Positions 1-8,645 are shown, counted from the stretch's first letter. The stretch is 38,166 bases of DNA from Dehalococcoidia bacterium (GCA_016783155.1 JADHXB010000003.1:1-38166); one strand, 5' to 3'. Translations and numbers: made by a program. Notes: a model not told the origin generated them from the letters alone.

Positions 1-59
1 CTCAGGATGACAGGGTGAAAGGCTCAGGATGACAGGGTAAAAATCTCAGGATGACAGGG
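1..59. repeat. Tandem 22-bp-period repeat with core CTCAGGATGACAGGG (3 copies visible, array probably continues left of the window); REP-like
   Basis: Core starts at 1, 23 and 45; the 7-nt linkers vary (tgaaagg, taaaaat). Confidence 0.85.
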
Positions 60-99
60 CGTTGCTCTGAATCTAGCCCATCATATATAATTGGGGCAT

Positions 100-171
100 G
101 CCAGCGTAGCTCAGTGGTAGAGCAGCGGTTTCGTAAACCGCCGGTCGTCAGTTCGACTCTGACCGCTGGCT
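100..171 (+). tRNA. tRNA-Thr (anticodon CGT), integration target; no encoded CCA at this copy
   Basis: Acceptor stem GCCAGCG/CGCTGGC, D arm TAGCTCAGTGGTAGAGC, anticodon arm GCGGT-TTCGTAA-ACCGC, T loop GTTCGACTC. Confidence 0.96.
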
Positions 172-1355
172 GTATCTAAATCGCCCTCGTCTGCTAATAT
201 TTTGCTAATATTTTCTATTTGTGCCAGCTTCGAGTGTAGCATTTCATCTAGCTTCAGCATGGCCGACTTCTGCAGCCCGCCGATTACGTGGCTGTAAGTG
301 TCCAGGGTAAAGGCCACGCTGGAATGCCCCAGCATCTCGCTTACCACCTTCGGATGCACCCCAGCCAGCAGCATCAGGCTGGCAAACGAGTGCCTGAGGT
401 CGTGGAACCGAACCCTCGAGAAGCCTAACTTTCTCACCATATCAGCGAAATGGTGCGTCAGCGTCCCAGGGTCCACCGCTGTCCCGTCAATCCTACTGAA
501 CACCAGGTCGTCATCGCCTAAAGTCTTCCCCAACGCGGCGTATTCCGCTTCCTTCTGCGCCCTGTATGTTCGCAGGTAAAGCGACAGCGAAGGCGAGAGG
601 TCCAGCCTTCTCCGGCTGTGCTCGCTTTTCGGCTCTTTGAATATGCACACCCGCCGCCTCTTGTAAAGCACCTGGTTGACTGAAAGCGCAGCCAGGTCGA
701 GGTCAACATCCCTCCACCGCAGCCCGAGAAGTTCCGACTGCCTCAACCCGGTATTTATCGCGGTGTAGTAGATCGGGTAATAGGGCGTATCTTTGGCAAC
801 TTCAAATAGTTTCGCTACCTCTGATGGGATAAGTGTCCGCATTCTAGATTTCTTGGCACGCGGTGGGTCAACCAGGTCGGCGGCATTATGCATCAGTATC
901 CCCTGTCTCATGGCATACTTGAGCGCCTGGTATAAGATGCGGTGAATATGTAGAACGGTTCTTGCCGAAAGCCCTTTACCGTCAGCGAATTCTTTGGAAT
1001 AGTATTGCTGTATCTGTTGTGGCTTGAGCTGCGTGAGAGGTATCATTCCTAGGTTCGGCGCCAAGTGATTTTTGATTACGGAGTGGTATCCGTCATATGT
1101 CCTCAAGGTGCAATTTACTTTGACATAGCTCTCCAGCCACATTTCCATCCACTCACCCAGCGTCATCTTGCTTGGTTTAACATATGTCCCCTTCTCCAGC
1201 GCATCGAGCAGCTCCCTCAGCTTCGCCTCTGCCTCTTTCTTCGTCCCCCGCACCGTGTGCCACTGTTGGTTTAGCTTACCGGTTGCCTTATCCCTGCCCA
1301 GAGTTATAACGATGCTCCATGACCCCTTAGCTCTCTGCCTGATGTGCCCTCTCAT
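111..1355 (-). CDS. int: Tyrosine recombinase/integrase (ICEBs1/phage type, N-terminal arm-binding domain)
   Basis: Catalytic motifs TGLRQSE, FHDLRHS, LGHS...TLDTYSH; RBS-like GGAG upstream; adjacent to tRNA att. Confidence 0.96.
   Translation of the reverse strand: MRGHIRQRAKGSWSIVITLGRDKATGKLNQQWHTVRGTKKEAEAKLRELLDALEKGTYVKPSKMTLGEWMEMWLESYVKVNCTLRTYDGYHSVIKNHLAPNLGMIPLTQLKPQQIQQYYSKEFADGKGLSARTVLHIHRILYQALKYAMRQGILMHNAADLVDPPRAKKSRMRTLIPSEVAKLFEVAKDTPYYPIYYTAINTGLRQSELLGLRWRDVDLDLAALSVNQVLYKRRRVCIFKEPKSEHSRRRLDLSPSLSLYLRTYRAQKEAEYAALGKTLGDDDLVFSRIDGTAVDPGTLTHHFADMVRKLGFSRVRFHDLRHSFASLMLLAGVHPKVVSEMLGHSSVAFTLDTYSHVIGGLQKSAMLKLDEMLHSKLAQIENISKILADEGDLDTASGQSRTDDRRFTKPLLYH
130..171 (+). repeat. 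attL core (42 bp)
   Basis: TTCGTAAACCGCCGGTCGTCAGTTCGACTCTGACCGCTGGCT is identical to 18310-18351 and starts in the anticodon loop. Confidence 0.95.
192..213. repeat. Putative integrase arm-type sites, left (TGCTAATATTT x2)
   Basis: 20-mer TGCTAATATTTTGCTAATAT also occurs at 18173-18192 near attR. Confidence 0.7.
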
Positions 1356-1410
1356 AACCAGCTCCCTTCAGCGCCTATTTTACCCTAAAACCAGTAGCGA
1401 CAAAATATCC

Positions 1411-1463
1411 TTGACCTTTTGAAACATTTGTTCTATTGTAATAAACATCCCATCACTTGTCAA
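1411..1463. promoter_or_regulatory. Overlapping opposed sigma70 promoters for int and xis with a LexA-like box
   Basis: Minus strand TTGACA(1463-1458)-17-TACAAT(1440-1435); plus strand TTGACC(1411)-17-TATTGT(1434); GAAACATTTGTTCT at 1421-1434. Confidence 0.65.
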
Positions 1464-1479
1464 TAGGAGAACTGACGCT

Positions 1480-1662
1480 ATGACAACAGAAAAACTAACT
1501 TTCACAGTTGAAGAAGCCGGTAAGCTCCTGGGAATCAGCCGTGCCCTGGCCTACCAGATGGTGCACACTGGCCAGCTCCCCACCCTTCGCTTCGGCAAAA
1601 GGCTAGTCGTCCCCAAGAAAGCTGTCCAGGACATGCTGGAAAAAGCCCCCACTGCCAACTAA
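1480..1662 (+). CDS. xis: Excisionase-family HTH DNA-binding protein
   Basis: 60 aa, TVEEAGKLLGISRALAYQM...LPTLRFGKRLVVP pattern; AGGAG RBS; divergent from int. Confidence 0.88.
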   Translation: MTTEKLTFTVEEAGKLLGISRALAYQMVHTGQLPTLRFGKRLVVPKKAVQDMLEKAPTAN

Positions 1663-1673
1663 AAGGATGCCAG

Positions 1674-3527
1674 ATGACCACCACCCGCATAGACCACTCC
1701 AGGATCCCCGATGGCGCTTTCATCATGCCCGCGCAATACCTCGATGGCACTATCATCCAGCAGGTGCACATGCCTGATGGCTCTATCCGCCCGCTGGAAG
1801 AATTCACCAGGCCCAGCAAGAAACCGATAGTCCCCACAAGCCTACCCCCAACCGAACCCCCCAAGAAACAACCAGCTACCCAGTCCTGCTACTTGGCTCG
1901 CTTCCCCAACCTTGTAGACGTAGTCGAAGATAACGGTGAGCTCGTCTACCTAATCACCGAAGGAACTCAGTTGAAGACAGTCCCCTCAGTAACCCTGGGC
2001 GGCAAGGTGGCTTTCCCGCCGCCAAAGGACCAGCTCCCCTTCCTCATCCCCCGCTGGAAAGAGGTCAGCCGTGCCTACCAAGAAGACACCCCCCAGGCTC
2101 TCTTCTCTGACCTCCTCGACTACCACAAGTCCTTCTCTCAGCTCCCCAGCGAAGCTTACTATGTCCTCCTTGCCGCCTGGGACTTCTCCACCTACATCGT
2201 CGACCACCTCAACTACTCAGGCTACATCTACCTCTATGCCGTGCCCGAGCGGGGCAAGACCAAGACCGGCCAGTCTATGATTTACGTCTCCTACCGTGGC
2301 ATTCACCAGGAGAACCTCAGGGAAGCCAACCTCTTCCGTTCCTCCCACGACCTCGCTGCCACCCTCTTCATCGATGTCTCTAACATATCAAAGAAAGCCA
2401 TCAGGGAAAGCAGCCTGGATATCGTCCTCCAACGCTTTGAAAAAGGTGCCAAGGTTCAGCGTGTCCTTCACCCGGAGTGGGGCCCCTTTAAGGACAGCCG
2501 CTTCTACGACATCTTCGGTGCCACCGTCATCGCCACCAACGAGCCTATCAATGACATCATGGAAAGCCGTTCCTTCCCCATCGATATGCCCTTCGCCCAC
2601 AGTAACTTCCCCAAACCCCAGCCCCACCACGGCTTGCCCTTCCGGGAGAGGCTACTCGCTTGGCGTGCCCATTTCCTGATAGACAAGCTCGCCCTTCCGT
2701 TGCCACCGCAGTTCCCCATGGGCAGGCTCAATGATATCGCCACACCCCTATGGCAGCTCATCAAGCTCGTGTCCCCCTCTCACTGCCCCCAATTCGAAGA
2801 CATCATCAATGAGTTCACCGAAAAGAGACGCCAGGGAAAATCGTCCACCTTGGAAGGCGAAGTCATAAAGGCGCTACTGGAGCTGGGCGACCAAGTTGAG
2901 GACGGCAAAATCGAGGTGGACAAGATAACTGACAAGGTCAATCAAGGGCGCAATGACTTTCACAAGGAGTCGTCCAGCTATATCGGTAAAGTCCTCCGCC
3001 GGCTGGGCTTCCAGTTCTCCAGGAAACATGCCAGCAAGAGGCGCTACTATTATGATGTCGAGCTGCTGAACCACCTCACCGCAGAATATGGCTTAAGAGA
3101 TACGCCCCCTGATTTAACGTCCCCACTGTCCCCGCCGTCCCCCCAGATAGGGAAAAACCAGCTTCAGGGGGACATGGGGGACGGGAGGGACGTCAAAACC
3201 GAGCCCGTCTCTATCCCTGAGGAAGTCACCACCGAGGAGCTACTCGCCACCCAGGGCTGGTGCCTGTGGCAGTGCGACGCCTTAGATGGTGAGATAATCG
3301 CCCTGGTCAGGGACGAGTCAGTCAAGGATGTCCTCGAAGGCTACGTCATCTATACCCAAGCCGAGATGGAAGAGATCGGCCGGTTCAAAGCCCCCCAGTC
3401 AACCATCCGTCTCGTCCACGAAGCCAAGAAACGCCAGCATACCACCGTCCAATCCGTCATTACGAGGAGCGATAGCGACGTGGCAATCCCCCACCCAGTA
3501 AATAAACCATCCGGAGGAAAAGCATGA
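1674..3527 (+). CDS. Putative replication protein (P-loop primase/helicase-like, DUF3631-like)
   Basis: Walker-A-like AVPERGKTKT, IATNEP, winged-helix-like region; position after xis; internal iterons. Confidence 0.6.
   Translation: MTTTRIDHSRIPDGAFIMPAQYLDGTIIQQVHMPDGSIRPLEEFTRPSKKPIVPTSLPPTEPPKKQPATQSCYLARFPNLVDVVEDNGELVYLITEGTQLKTVPSVTLGGKVAFPPPKDQLPFLIPRWKEVSRAYQEDTPQALFSDLLDYHKSFSQLPSEAYYVLLAAWDFSTYIVDHLNYSGYIYLYAVPERGKTKTGQSMIYVSYRGIHQENLREANLFRSSHDLAATLFIDVSNISKKAIRESSLDIVLQRFEKGAKVQRVLHPEWGPFKDSRFYDIFGATVIATNEPINDIMESRSFPIDMPFAHSNFPKPQPHHGLPFRERLLAWRAHFLIDKLALPLPPQFPMGRLNDIATPLWQLIKLVSPSHCPQFEDIINEFTEKRRQGKSSTLEGEVIKALLELGDQVEDGKIEVDKITDKVNQGRNDFHKESSSYIGKVLRRLGFQFSRKHASKRRYYYDVELLNHLTAEYGLRDTPPDLTSPLSPPSPQIGKNQLQGDMGDGRDVKTEPVSIPEEVTTEELLATQGWCLWQCDALDGEIIALVRDESVKDVLEGYVIYTQAEMEEIGRFKAPQSTIRLVHEAKKRQHTTVQSVITRSDSDVAIPHPVNKPSGGKA
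3118..3192. repeat. Inverted iteron arrays inside rep (candidate replication origin)
   Basis: GTCCCC at 3119, 3128, 3137 and (G/A)GGGAC at 3168, 3177, 3186, both with 9-bp period. Confidence 0.6.
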
Positions 3528-3691
3528 AAGCCTTAAAATTTGCCCTTGAGCAGCAAAACTATGACCTGGCCGCCCGTGTCATAGTCTACGGCATACTGAA
3601 AGCAATGGTGAATGAAATTGAAGAAGAAAAGAGGCGCCCCAAAAGGCAACCAGAACGCACGGAAGCACGGATTCTACAGCCAGGTTCTTGA
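3524..3691 (+). CDS. Small hypothetical protein, 55 aa (MKALKFALEQQNYDLAARVIVYGILK...), not in ORF track
   Basis: GGAGG RBS, ATGA overlap with the rep stop. Confidence 0.6.
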   Translation: MKALKFALEQQNYDLAARVIVYGILKAMVNEIEEEKRRPKRQPERTEARILQPGS

Positions 3692-3959
3692 CCAGTCCGA
3701 GCAGCTCCAGCTCGAGCAAGCCCGGGGTATAGAGGGCATCGACGAGGAGATCGCCATCCTCAGGGTAAAGCTCCGCACGCTTATTGACAAGCAGCCGGAC
3801 AGGTTCGACCTCCATCTCGAAGCTGCTAACACCATCGCCCGGCTTGTCAGGACCCGCTACAGCATTACCAAGGAGCAGAAGAAGACCCTGAAGGAAGCCA
3901 TCACCAAGGTCTTAACCGACATCGCCGTGCCCCTGGGCATCAAAGCCCTAATCAAATAG
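3612..3959 (+). CDS. Terminase-small-subunit-like protein
   Basis: RGAPKGNQNARKHGFYS motif followed by a helical region; follows rep as in phage satellites. Confidence 0.55.
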   Translation: MKLKKKRGAPKGNQNARKHGFYSQVLDQSEQLQLEQARGIEGIDEEIAILRVKLRTLIDKQPDRFDLHLEAANTIARLVRTRYSITKEQKKTLKEAITKVLTDIAVPLGIKALIK

Positions 3960-4024
3960 CCCCAGCTTCGAATTGTTTCCCCAGAAAATTTACTCCCCCC
4001 TCTATACAAAACTAATACACTCTA

Positions 4025-4053
4025 TTGACAAGGCCAATCTGCTGTGCTACCTT
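4025..4053 (+). promoter_or_regulatory. Sigma70 promoter for the surface-protein gene, overlapped by an inverted repeat
   Basis: TTGACA-17-TACCTT with extended -10 TG; GGCCAATC(4032-4039)/GATTGGCC(4065-4072). Confidence 0.5.
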
Positions 4054-4262
4054 ACGAGTCACACGATTGGCCACTAGTGGGATAGAAGGTCGTGTACAAT
4101 GAATCAACAGTACTTCCTTCTCCCAGTCAAGGTGGTCATTCCCCTTATTATAGCTACCGCACTCTGTTCCACATGTTTGTCACCCCAGTACGCAACGGCT
4201 CAAGGCGATTAAAACCTTAATTTAAATATTCATGTAAGGGCATTGCCCGCAGGAGAAGTGAA

Positions 4263-7178
4263 ATGTTAAGAAGCCAAGTCGGGAGAATTCTTTTTGGATT
4301 GTTGACTTCAATTTTAATAATTACCCAAGCCTTCCCGTTTGATATCCAGTCAGTTGAAGCACTCGGACCTTATGAAGTAGCGACTGGCACGGACAAATTT
4401 TCGACAGCTTGGGAATCTCAACGGAAACTGGCGATAGAATCTGATGGAACAATCCACGCAGTCTATTATCGCACAGACGGTAGTTTAATTTGTCAGATTT
4501 ATCACGCCTATTCTTCAGATGATGGAATAACTTGGACAGAAGAGCAAGTGACATCTGCGAGCAGAGACCAAGTGTATACTGCCTTGGCTGTTGATTCCCA
4601 GGATAATCTACACATTGTATGGCAGGATGGCGATGAAGGCAAAATGGGTTCTGGGGGGAATCCGGTTACTTATTACAGATGTAAGAACAAGCAAGTGGGC
4701 TGGCAAGCTGCTGAGTTCATTTCTTCATATGCTACTTATCCGGCAATAGCTGTAGATAGCAATGATGATGTGCATGTGGTTTACGGAACCTTCGTATATC
4801 CTCCTGGATTTTGGGGTGGTGGTAACGGTATAAGGTGGAAAAAGAAGACCACCAGTGGCTGGCAGACTGAAGAATCTATATCTTCTAATAAACAGTGGAC
4901 GAGATGGCCTGCTATTGCAATTGATGGGAGTGATAATATACATGTTGCTTGGTTAAATGACCCCAGAGCATACGAGGATATCAATTATCGGAAGAGAACA
5001 GCCTCAGGTTGGGAAACTGAGGTTCAAGTGAATACTGAACTGGATAATGTAAGGGGCAAACCGTCCATCATTGTCGATAGCAACGATTATGTTCATATTG
5101 TATGGTTGCGTGAAACCGGGGTCATGTTCTCCATCAGGTATCGGACATATACCACCTCGTGGCAACCTCCAGTCGATGTCGAAGGACCAACGACTTATAA
5201 TCAAGGCCCTCCTGTCATATCAATAGATAACTTGGGACACATCCATGTGGTTTGGACAGGTCAGCACTCCGAATCTCCAACCATCGATCAAATAAGGCAC
5301 AGAGAATACACTGACTCATGGCAACCTATACAAAACCTGACTTCTTCCACCTCTGATGATCAGGACTATCCCAGTCTTTTATGGGCACGTTATCCTGTCA
5401 TTAGTGGAGTCCAAACCAATCAACCTGAAGATGGTTATGCCTTTATTTGGCAGGATGGCACAACAACTAGGTATTATAATCCTATCTACTATGGTCCAGA
5501 TACCACACCACCCGCTGTTACACTAACTTATCCAAATGGCGGTGAATCGTGGTTGACTTGCTCAGCCCAGAATATTACGTGGAACGCTGTGGATAACCTA
5601 CCAGGCACTTTGAACTACCTTATTGAATATTCCATCGACGATGGCTCCACCTTTACAACCATCGCTAGCCTCACGGGCCAGTCTCAAGGCGCCAGCAGCT
5701 ATGCGTGGACTGTGCCTGATGTCAACAGCGCTTATTGTAGAATAAAGACTACGGCAACTGATGGCACTGGAAATTCGACTTCGGCCACCAGCGGCGCCTT
5801 CACCATTAGTGGTCCTGCTTCTGCTCCAGACTGGAGGCAGGGCATACAGCCGGGTGATATTCTGTACGACGAAGGCTCTATATTTATACCGGTCATATTG
5901 CCCCCAATTCCACCAACAATCATATCCATTGGGCATACGGGTATGTATGTAAGATCAGGCATAACGATTGAAGCCGATTCATCTGGTGTGCTTTATCGTG
6001 ACATTTCAAGTTGGGATAAGCCTCAAAGGAAAAATGTATATTTACTCCGTGTGAATTGTTCTCAAGAAGCAATTAACAATGCCATTAATTTCGCTGTTGC
6101 ACAGTTGAACAAGGAATATGATTATAAGTGGGTACAAAAAAAATGCAGTCCTGAATCAAACCATTGGTACTGCAGCGAGTTAGTATGGGCTGCATATTAT
6201 AATCAAGGAGCTGGCATAAATACCGAATATAACTGGTCTAATTCAGAGGTGCCAGAGGGATTTGCGCTGCCTGGATGTGTGTTTGATCAGCCAGTCCATC
6301 CCGTTGAGATATATAGGGATGTTGATACTCTGGAGATAGGCAGGCACGAAGAGACAGAAGTACCTTGGGGCGTATTCGTTATAGTAATCTGTCCTGTGGA
6401 TTTGGTTGTTACTGACCCGCAGGGACTTAGTATCAGTAAAAACTCGAGCCAAATCGTTGGGGCAATCTACATGCAAGATGACTTTAATAATGACGGCTCG
6501 CCAGATGACCTTATCTACATCCCGCAAGCGAAAACAGGTATGTACTTGATTCAGGTAATTCCAGAGCCTGGCGCTAACCCTAATGATACGTTCAGCCTTG
6601 AGGTCTCGATAAATGGTCAATCCATCATCTTGGCTGAAAATGTTCAAGTTAAAGACATTCCAAGCGAGCCCTACAGAGTCCAAGTGACAGAATCCGGGAC
6701 AGTCTCCGTGTTCGCAGGGTCCCCACCAGCCTCGCCGCCACCAACATCACCGGGAGCATCCCCTACACCACCACGTCCGCTCAATCCGGCACAGATGTCG
6801 CTGCAGTACCTGAGCGTAACCCCACAGCAGACAGGCATTGGCCAACCAGTGACCATCACCACCAACATGTCCAACACTGGTGACGAGGCTGGCAACTACA
6901 ACGTTGCCCTCAAGATAAACGGACAGCTGGAGCAACAGAAGATGGTCAGCGTTGGCCCACAGGGTACTCAGCCGGTGAAGTTCACCGTGGCCAAGTCTCA
7001 GCCGGGTACTTATACCGTAGATATCGCCGGGCAGAAAGGCAGCTTCACTGTGCTCGGCTCAAGCAGTAGCACCGCCGATACACATGCAGGCGTTGGCTTG
7101 ATCGTTATCCTGCTCCTGGGCATACTGGTGCTTGCTTCTGTCGTAGTAGTGCTGGTTACCTTCCGTCGTCCTGCCTAG
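4263..7178 (+). CDS. Secreted, membrane-anchored multidomain protein: BNR/beta-propeller repeats, Ig-like domain, permuted NlpC/P60 (YiiX/YebB-like) domain, CARDB-like domain, C-terminal TM
   Basis: Signal peptide; SSDDGITW and SIDDGSTF Asp-boxes; GDILY...GHTGMY...YDY...WYCSELVWAAY; Pro-rich linker; hydrophobic tail + RRPA. Confidence 0.8.
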   Translation: MLRSQVGRILFGLLTSILIITQAFPFDIQSVEALGPYEVATGTDKFSTAWESQRKLAIESDGTIHAVYYRTDGSLICQIYHAYSSDDGITWTEEQVTSASRDQVYTALAVDSQDNLHIVWQDGDEGKMGSGGNPVTYYRCKNKQVGWQAAEFISSYATYPAIAVDSNDDVHVVYGTFVYPPGFWGGGNGIRWKKKTTSGWQTEESISSNKQWTRWPAIAIDGSDNIHVAWLNDPRAYEDINYRKRTASGWETEVQVNTELDNVRGKPSIIVDSNDYVHIVWLRETGVMFSIRYRTYTTSWQPPVDVEGPTTYNQGPPVISIDNLGHIHVVWTGQHSESPTIDQIRHREYTDSWQPIQNLTSSTSDDQDYPSLLWARYPVISGVQTNQPEDGYAFIWQDGTTTRYYNPIYYGPDTTPPAVTLTYPNGGESWLTCSAQNITWNAVDNLPGTLNYLIEYSIDDGSTFTTIASLTGQSQGASSYAWTVPDVNSAYCRIKTTATDGTGNSTSATSGAFTISGPASAPDWRQGIQPGDILYDEGSIFIPVILPPIPPTIISIGHTGMYVRSGITIEADSSGVLYRDISSWDKPQRKNVYLLRVNCSQEAINNAINFAVAQLNKEYDYKWVQKKCSPESNHWYCSELVWAAYYNQGAGINTEYNWSNSEVPEGFALPGCVFDQPVHPVEIYRDVDTLEIGRHEETEVPWGVFVIVICPVDLVVTDPQGLSISKNSSQIVGAIYMQDDFNNDGSPDDLIYIPQAKTGMYLIQVIPEPGANPNDTFSLEVSINGQSIILAENVQVKDIPSEPYRVQVTESGTVSVFAGSPPASPPPTSPGASPTPPRPLNPAQMSLQYLSVTPQQTGIGQPVTITTNMSNTGDEAGNYNVALKINGQLEQQKMVSVGPQGTQPVKFTVAKSQPGTYTVDIAGQKGSFTVLGSSSSTADTHAGVGLIVILLLGILVLASVVVVLVTFRRPA

Positions 7179-7238
7179 TTAATGAGTGATTGTTGAACCT
7201 TTTGGCTATAGCTCGGTAATTGATCCGTAATGTGAGGG

Positions 7239-7601
7239 TTAATGGTGTTGCCAGAAATACCATACCTTGTCACATTCTTGCAGCCAAAAAACCCTCTTCT
7301 CCTCATCCGAAGAATTCTTAACCCGTTCTGGAAGACATCTCATGTACCAAAACCCGTAACTTGGTGACCTTTTATTCTTTTTGATTACGAGCGCTGATAG
7401 CAAGGGGTGATCTCTATCATCTTCGCTACAGGATACCTCTTCGAGCACTTCACCTATGTAACCACGTCCAGGACCTCCCATCTCATCCATTAGGTCTTCG
7501 TAAGTTATGAAGTTTCTTTCACGATTTCCTCTTGCTACATCCATGAGGATAGGCCTAGCCCGTTCAACATAATGATGCAATGTTTCTGGTCGTAGTCTCA
7601 T
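7239..7601 (-). CDS. Hypothetical protein, winged-helix-like (ITYEDL...PLLSALVI...PSYGF)
   Basis: 120-aa ORF with GGAGGAGG RBS, co-oriented with the TA genes. Confidence 0.7.
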   Translation of the reverse strand: MRLRPETLHHYVERARPILMDVARGNRERNFITYEDLMDEMGGPGRGYIGEVLEEVSCSEDDRDHPLLSALVIKKNKRSPSYGFWYMRCLPERVKNSSDEEKRVFWLQECDKVWYFWQHH

Positions 7602-7622
7602 TGCCTTCCTCCTCCGATTAAT

Positions 7623-7937
7623 TTATGTCTCTTCTGCTAGAGTAGCCACTTTGCTATTGCCCTTTGGCTTCAGCTCAATGCGCAGGTCGGCGTCCAAAGC
7701 CTTTGCAATCTCAGCAAGTGAGGCAAGTGTGGGATTGGCATTACCGCTCTCCAACCTTGAGATAACCGCCTGTCCAGTCCCTACCTTGGCAGCTAAATCC
7801 TCTTGACTCATTTTGAGTTCCATGCGGCGTCTGATAATTGACTCAATTAACGCGAAATTTGGCCCCAGTGCCTCATACTCCTTTCGGAATTCAGGGTCCT
7901 CGAGGAATCTTTTCTTAACGCTCTTATATATCCTCAT
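7623..7937 (-). CDS. XRE-family HTH protein, HigA-like antitoxin
   Basis: EYEAL...MSQEDLAAKVGTGQAVISRLESGNANPTL; ATG 7937 preferred to GTG 7970. Confidence 0.85.
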   Translation of the reverse strand: MRIYKSVKKRFLEDPEFRKEYEALGPNFALIESIIRRRMELKMSQEDLAAKVGTGQAVISRLESGNANPTLASLAEIAKALDADLRIELKPKGNSKVATLAEET

Positions 7938-7947
7938 ATGCCCCGCC

Positions 7948-8334
7948 TTAAGTGGACCTGTCCTCTTCACCGCCTATCGGTAAAGTACGCAACCGAATCC
8001 GTGTATCTTCAAGAATGGAAATGCTGCCCTCCTCCAGGGCTTTCTCGAGATTCGGTAAATTAGCTATCAGGAATGCCAACTGGGCATCTGGCCGCCTCGA
8101 TGAACGACGAAACAAGACTACAGATGGCTTTTTATCTTGCCTTAAGGCAAGCAGGGTAGCAAAATCAGTGTCTGCGGAAATAAGGATGCGGTCTTCGCTG
8201 CCGGCTCGTTCGAATACTTCTTCGTCTGTGGCAGCTTGCATACCATAATCTCGAACATGAATTGCATCATAACCTGCCTGACTGAGCCCGACAGCAATTA
8301 GCGGCGACAGAGCATTGTCTACCAGAAACTTCAC
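7948..8334 (-). CDS. DUF5615 PIN-like toxin (VapC45-like)
   Basis: [10 protein letters not shown]...DEEV...[10 protein letters not shown]. Confidence 0.88.
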   Translation of the reverse strand: MKFLVDNALSPLIAVGLSQAGYDAIHVRDYGMQAATDEEVFERAGSEDRILISADTDFATLLALRQDKKPSVVLFRRSSRRPDAQLAFLIANLPNLEKALEEGSISILEDTRIRLRTLPIGGEEDRST

Positions 8335-8570
8335 GGTGCTGGCACCAGTGGCAATTCTCGCTCTCGTACAGCCTCAGCAGCATAACGCAAGGCTTCGCGT
8401 ATGTCCTCTGCTTGCATGTCTGGATAGATTTTCAAAATCTCGGGCTCGGTCATCCCTTCAGCCACCATACCTACAATTGCAGCCACGGGGATGCGTAAGC
8501 CTCGTATACAAGGCACACCACCCATCTGGTTCGGGTTAACTGTAATCCGATTAAATTTCAATGTTATCAC
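8331..8570 (-). CDS. DUF433 antitoxin
   Basis: [20 protein letters not shown]...[13 protein letters not shown]; 4-bp overlap with the PIN gene; start may be TTG 8561. Confidence 0.9.
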   Translation of the reverse strand: MITLKFNRITVNPNQMGGVPCIRGLRIPVAAIVGMVAEGMTEPEILKIYPDMQAEDIREALRYAAEAVRERELPLVPAP

Positions 8571-8616
8571 CTCCCCAAGGTATCACACATTTGCTGAACA
8601 CCTAAGGCTCAAAGAA

Positions 8617-8645
8617 ACTATAACGTTTATCATCTAGCATGTCAA
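8617..8645 (-). promoter_or_regulatory. Sigma70 promoter of the TA operon
   Basis: TTGACA-17-TATAGT on the minus strand. Confidence 0.6.

Noticed and set aside
1-59. CRISPR array
   Set aside because: Linkers are only 7 nt and there are no cas genes
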